DNA of 39,576 nucleotides from Chlamydiales bacterium (GTDB lineage Bacteria; Chlamydiota; Chlamydiia; Chlamydiales; JAAKFR01): NCBI GenBank assembly GCA_049281295.1, contig JBAPRV010000018.1, positions 1 to 39,576 of the forward strand, read 5' to 3'. Shown piece by piece: positions 35,742 to 39,576 of this stretch (position 1 is its first letter; each line of letters starts with the position of its first letter). The notes under the pieces were generated by a model. It saw only the letters and a program-made list of their open reading frames with translations, ran no database searches and was not told where the DNA came from. The position numbers and the translations under genes were made by a program.

Positions 35742-36506
35742 CTAAAACCGCAAGATTAAGCCAAAAGAGAAGGAAGAGGTATGCAGGGTTGTCACGCGTG
35801 TGTCTAAAGTAAATATATCTGAGTCAACAGTACCCAAGGAGCTCAATTGAGAAATGTAAGAGCGCCAGTCATACTCCATAAAAAGACTAAAGCACTTCAT
35901 CAGCAAAAAATCTGCTCCTCCCCCTAAAACATAACCGCCCGGGTAATGGCGTTTGGTTTTTTTGTCTATGACATCATAGGGCGGGCCGCTCCGTTTGATC
36001 CAGGCCTTTTCTTTCACCCATCCGATGGTTCCGCCTGCTTTAAAGTAGGCAAGGGCACAATTGCCTATCAAAAATCCCGGTTGGAAGCTAAGATCAAGGA
36101 TTCCTCTCAGTCCCACTTCGTGTAGCGTATTTTGCTGATCATCTTGCTCCACATAGGCATGTTCAGCACTTGAAGCGAGTGCGAGCGCGTCAGCTCGAAT
36201 GGTGGCTACAAAACGATTGCAAAAAGTGCAGCCATAGCTGAGAAAGAGACCCCCACCAGGAGCTTGCTGAACCGTATCATATCTTTCAAGGTACCGAAAT
36301 GAGTTCTCGCCGGGGATGGGGATAGTAGTTTCCTTATCTCTTACATTAAAAAACACAGTGTGGAAAGAGCCATAAACCCCGATACCGAGTCCAGCTCCTA
36401 AAGGGATGGGTCTTGAACAGTAGTAACTGTCATCATACCCATAAGCATTGAGGCCTATGCCTAGAAATAAAACAATTTTGAAAACAATCTTCTTCGCCGA
36501 TTTCAT
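35742..36506 (-). CDS. Beta-barrel outer membrane protein, paralog A
   Basis: Signal peptide MKSAKKIVFKIVLFLGIGLNAYG and C-terminal ...FSFGLILRF. Start at 36506 is homologous to the paralog B start. Confidence 0.7.
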   Translation of the reverse strand: MKSAKKIVFKIVLFLGIGLNAYGYDDSYYCSRPIPLGAGLGIGVYGSFHTVFFNVRDKETTIPIPGENSFRYLERYDTVQQAPGGGLFLSYGCTFCNRFVATIRADALALASSAEHAYVEQDDQQNTLHEVGLRGILDLSFQPGFLIGNCALAYFKAGGTIGWVKEKAWIKRSGPPYDVIDKKTKRHYPGGYVLGGGADFLLMKCFSLFMEYDWRSYISQLSSLGTVDSDIFTLDTRVTTLHTSSFSFGLILRF

Positions 36507-36590
36507 ATGAAATACTCTCATAGGGGTATTTTCTCTTATTAAGAAACAAGTACAGCATGGACAATTTTTAATCAAGGAAGTGAAAATTTC

Positions 36591-37361
36591 TTAAAACTGT
36601 GTGGCGATACCAAAGGAAAAAGAGTTGCAATGCAGCTTGATAACATGTGTGTCTATAGTAAACCCAAAGGGATTAAAAGTAGTGATGGAGTTGAAGGGAG
36701 TGAGATAGGCATGCCAATCATACTCCATAAAAAAACTGAAGCAATTCATCAGCAAAAAATTCGCGCCAGCCCCTAGTACATACCCTCCCGGGTGATGGTA
36801 TTTGGTTTTTTTGTCCAAAACAGGATGGGGGGAAGTGGATCTTTTGATCTGAACTTGCTCCCTTACCCCTGAGACAGTTCCCCCTGCTTTCAAGTAGCCC
36901 AATATACATTTTCCAATCAAAAATCCCGGTTGAAAAGAGAGATCAAGAATCCATCTCAGTCCCACCTCATGTACAATATTATCCTGTAGAAGAGCATCCG
37001 AATAAGAGCGTTTGGCATTTTGGGCAAGTCCGATGGCATCAAGTCGAACCGCAGCTATTAAACAGTTGCAACGTTTGCATCCATAGCTGAGAAAGCCGCC
37101 CCCTCCAGGGGCCTCTTGAATGGTGTCATATCTTTCGAGGTACCGAAATGAGTTTTCTCCAGCGTCGGGGATAGTAGTTTCCTTGTCCCTTACATTGAAA
37201 AAGACGGTGTGGAAGGAGCCGTATCCCCCCACCGTAAATCCTGTTCCTAAAGGGCCTGTATTCAAGCTGCAGGGGCTCCAGCAGCCGTATCCATAAGCAG
37301 AGGAGAAACCCATTGTGAGAAAAGAAATCATTGTGAAAACAAATTTCTTCGCTGATTTCAA
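36591..37361 (-). CDS. Beta-barrel outer membrane protein, paralog B
   Basis: Shares long blocks with paralog A (YGSFHTVFFNVRDKETTIP, GENSFRYLERYDT, HEVGLR.ILDLSFQPGFLIG, PGGYVLG). Ends ...FSFGIATQF. Confidence 0.7.
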   Translation of the reverse strand: MKSAKKFVFTMISFLTMGFSSAYGYGCWSPCSLNTGPLGTGFTVGGYGSFHTVFFNVRDKETTIPDAGENSFRYLERYDTIQEAPGGGGFLSYGCKRCNCLIAAVRLDAIGLAQNAKRSYSDALLQDNIVHEVGLRWILDLSFQPGFLIGKCILGYLKAGGTVSGVREQVQIKRSTSPHPVLDKKTKYHHPGGYVLGAGANFLLMNCFSFFMEYDWHAYLTPFNSITTFNPFGFTIDTHVIKLHCNSFSFGIATQF

Positions 37362-37449
37362 TACAAATACCTCTTTAGGCTATATGCGGGTGTTTACTAT
37401 TTATATTGTATTTTAATCAAGTAGGCGGATTTTCAGAGATACTGAGAAA

Positions 37450-37499
37450 AATCTGGGTGAGAGGATTCGAACCTCCGCCCCCTTGCACCCCATGCAAGT
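37450..37499 (-). repeat. 50-nt duplicate of the 3' half of tRNA-Pro (att-like island boundary)
   Basis: Identical to 39484..39533 (AATCTGGGTGAGAGGATTCGAACCTCCGCCCCCTTGCACCCCATGCAAGT). It lacks the D-arm and 5' acceptor strand. Confidence 0.85.
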
Positions 37500-37523
37500 T
37501 TTTCGCTGCTTGTAACCAACTCA

Positions 37524-38358
37524 TTATTTTGAGTGATAAATCCACAAGAAAATATCTGGCAAATATTTCCAAAAATACTCGAATGGCCGGAGATCTTTCA
37601 CCTGATGGCGTAGCATATTCTTCCATTCGGATAAAAACTCAGATTTTTGAGGATGTTGCTCAATTGTCACCAGATTGGGCATCGGCATTTTTTTAAAAAT
37701 GCACTTGCCTTGAAGAGATTTTAGGAGTTTTTCCATGTCAGTCAGTCGATGACGCTCTTGATAAAGATGAACAACGTCATAGAGATCGCGGGGGTCGTGC
37801 TCTTTCGGCCAAAGCCCTTAGCTTTTCAGCAAAAATTTCTTCATAGGAATAGCTCAGGATTTGGGGAGTTTCGATAGGACAATCGGAATACTCGTGGAAA
37901 ACCCCCCGTTTTTCTGGCTTCAGCACCACTTGTTCATTGGCAGTGAGGTCCAATTTGATGGAAGGATAAGGGACCGGCTGTTTCAAAGGGCCTTGGTACG
38001 ATAGTTTACCTTGTATGGTTAAGCTGCGATGCGGGTCCAAAGAGATCAGGTTTTCAGGGATTTCGATTCCAGACTGTTCATAAATCCATTGTGCGATCTG
38101 TTTTAAGATGGATCGTAGAATCTCCTCTTTCATTTGCTGAGGATCCAGCAGGGTGAAATCTAAATCTTCCGAAAAGCGATACTTATTGAAGAAGCATTTC
38201 TTAAGGCACGTGCCTCCCTTAAAAATCCATGAGTCTCTCGTCTGAGGATGATTTTGAATAGCAATTAGTATCCATCCCAAAACGTAGTCTTTTTCAATCG
38301 TAGAAGATTGCAATCCGTATTCTTTTGCTTTTCGGGCAATTTCAAATTTGTTAATCAT
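37524..38358 (-). pseudogene. AbiEii/AbiGii-family nucleotidyltransferase toxin (DUF1814), frameshifted
   Basis: N-terminal part reads 'IEKDYVLGWIL...FKGGTCLKK...RFSEDLDF'. The ORF ends ...AERARPPRSL* at a C5 run (G5 on the plus strand, 37790-94). Removing one C restores ...RPRDLYDVVHLY... and joins ORF 37524..37736. Confidence 0.8.
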
Positions 38359-39164
38359 CGAAATCCCTCTTCTAATCCTTTAGGAATCCATAATCTCCAT
38401 TTTTTGATCAGACGTTTTCCTTTCGATGCTGGGTCTAGTTGCGAATTTCCCTGGCTCAAATTTTCTAGGCATTGTGTAATCCAGCGAGTCTCATCTGGCT
38501 TTAGTTTTGATAATACGAATCCCAAACGTTTAAAAATCGAGTTATTGTTCATCTTCTCTGCATATTGGATCAAAATGTTTAGATCGCATTCACTCGAAGC
38601 GAGATATTTTTGAAAAAAGTCGACCACAGAGCGAATTCCTCCTCCAATTGACGGATCATTAAACATATCTATGATCGTCTTATGAGGATCTGACACTTGT
38701 ACTTTGATCTGGTCTTTCCAAATGGATTTAAGTCCAAACATTTTGTCGGATGCTGATTTTTTTATCAAAAATGTTAACCCCGCAATGGACTGCTCTTTTT
38801 GATTTAAGCGTCTAGATGTAAAGATGATAGTCGATTCAAAGATCTGTTCGGTAAAATCCCAATGTTGGGCCGCGGACCACCCTCCTATGTAACAGGGAGA
38901 AAAGATCTGTGAGGCTACTACCCATGGATCGAGAACACCGCTATCAGGAGTTTCAGCCGCTATATCTACTGGGAAATATAGTCCTCTCCTGACTCTTCGC
39001 AGCCAGCCATTTTTTGCCCATAAGGACAGATATAGCCTTGCCTGCTCTCTTGAGACGTTTAATGTCTCTGCTACAAAGCTTACTGATATACAACCTTTTG
39101 AATTGCGAAGCACGTCTGAAAGTCTCTTGCGAGATAGTTTGCCTATTCCTGCTAATTCCTCCAT
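38355..39164 (-). CDS. AbiEi-family antitoxin / transcriptional regulator (type IV TA)
   Basis: N-terminal wHTH with '...LRRVRRGLYFPV...' and 'PCYIGGWSAAQHW' blocks typical of AbiEi. 4-nt overlap with the downstream toxin gene. Confidence 0.8.
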   Translation of the reverse strand: MEELAGIGKLSRKRLSDVLRNSKGCISVSFVAETLNVSREQARLYLSLWAKNGWLRRVRRGLYFPVDIAAETPDSGVLDPWVVASQIFSPCYIGGWSAAQHWDFTEQIFESTIIFTSRRLNQKEQSIAGLTFLIKKSASDKMFGLKSIWKDQIKVQVSDPHKTIIDMFNDPSIGGGIRSVVDFFQKYLASSECDLNILIQYAEKMNNNSIFKRLGFVLSKLKPDETRWITQCLENLSQGNSQLDPASKGKRLIKKWRLWIPKGLEEGFR

Positions 39165-39209
39165 GGTATATCCAGTGCGTTAATCATATCTGAAAATATA
39201 TATTATATA

Positions 39210-39290
39210 TGATTTAAATATACCTATATGGTGTATTTTAAACAAAGAAAATAGTCATTTTAAATGGTTTTTGGTGATTTAAATATACCT
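39210..39290. promoter_or_regulatory. Two 16-nt direct repeats upstream of abiEi (possible operator)
   Basis: TGATTTAAATATACCT occurs at 39210-25 and 39275-90, in the AT-rich region 46-126 nt upstream of the abiEi start. Confidence 0.3.
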
Positions 39291-39485
39291 TATCCGATTG
39301 GAATAAAAAATTTATTCTGAAAAGCTGCGCAGAAGCTTGTCCTCCGCGCCGGAAAGGCACTTCTTTGCTTTATTCTGAGGGAGCTTGTGAGTTATGTGAT
39401 GTTTTTCACCACCTATTTCCCACTCAATGAAAATATGAATGAGTAAGAGAGGGTATGTTTTAACGCAAGTTGCTGAGAAAAAAGA

Positions 39486-39559
39486 ATCTGGGTGAGAGGA
39501 TTCGAACCTCCGCCCCCTTGCACCCCATGCAAGTGCGCTACCAGGCTGCGCTACACCCA
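39486..39559 (-). tRNA. tRNA-Pro (anticodon GGG)
   Basis: Hand-folded 74-nt cloverleaf: acceptor CTGGGTG/CACCCAG (C1:G72, A73, typical of bacterial tRNA-Pro), anticodon loop AUGGGGU, T-loop TTCGAAT. Confidence 0.9.
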
Positions 39560-39576
39560 GGATTGAAAATCTTAGA

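Noticed and set aside
37406-37736. ORFs 37406..37696 (+), 37417..37626 (-) and 37524..37736 (-)
   Set aside because: The first two overlap the tRNA-Pro fragment or are antisense to the abiEii tail. The third is the out-of-frame C-terminal part of abiEii and is reported as part of the pseudogene rather than as a separate gene.
38308-38613. 101-aa plus-strand ORF across the abiEi/abiEii junction
   Set aside because: It is antisense to two genes with clear family signatures and has no independent support.

Overview
The 39.6-kb window looks like chromosome from an amoeba-associated or environmental member of the Chlamydiae; this assignment is an inference. It rests on adjacent gene pairs that I recall from Chlamydia genomes (aspC-mreC, trpS-uvrB, tandem tyrP, ygfA-recA), on cysteine-rich beta-barrel OMP paralogs ending in Phe, and on several eukaryote-like proteins (ankyrin, F-box, CaaX). 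Core housekeeping genes: nnr, mreC, aspC, a DAACS symporter, uvrB, trpS, two tyrP-type permeases, acyP, yggT, a PilM/GspL-like operon, 5-formyl-THF cyclo-ligase, recA, ispA. Four accessory patches interrupt them. (1) tRNA-Ala, a serine-recombinase remnant and a 1054-aa protein with about 22 ankyrin repeats. (2) A roughly 8-kb stretch at 20.1-28.4 kb that looks AT-rich by eye. It holds a 159-bp MITE with a 7-bp TSD, a CaaX-tailed orphan, a protein built from five tandem transposase-type HTH modules with an NLS-like basic linker, a small F-box protein, an IS66-family transposase enclosed in IS5-type ends and abutting an intact IS5-family element, an aspartate-racemase plus orphan gene pair, and an IS3 fragment. 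(3) Two tandem pairs of OMP paralogs, the first pair followed by a family of palindromic repeats. (4) A roughly 2-kb mini-island bounded by tRNA-Pro(GGG) and a 50-nt copy of its 3' half, carrying an AbiEi/AbiEii (type IV TA, abortive-infection) pair whose toxin is frameshifted in a homopolymer. The two candidates I rate highest for novelty are a Phe/Trp-rich 12-codon leader mini-ORF whose stop sits inside a terminator-like hairpin upstream of the tyrP-tyrP-trpS-uvrB operon, and the HTH-array protein. All calls come from reading the sequence and ORF translations; no searches were run.
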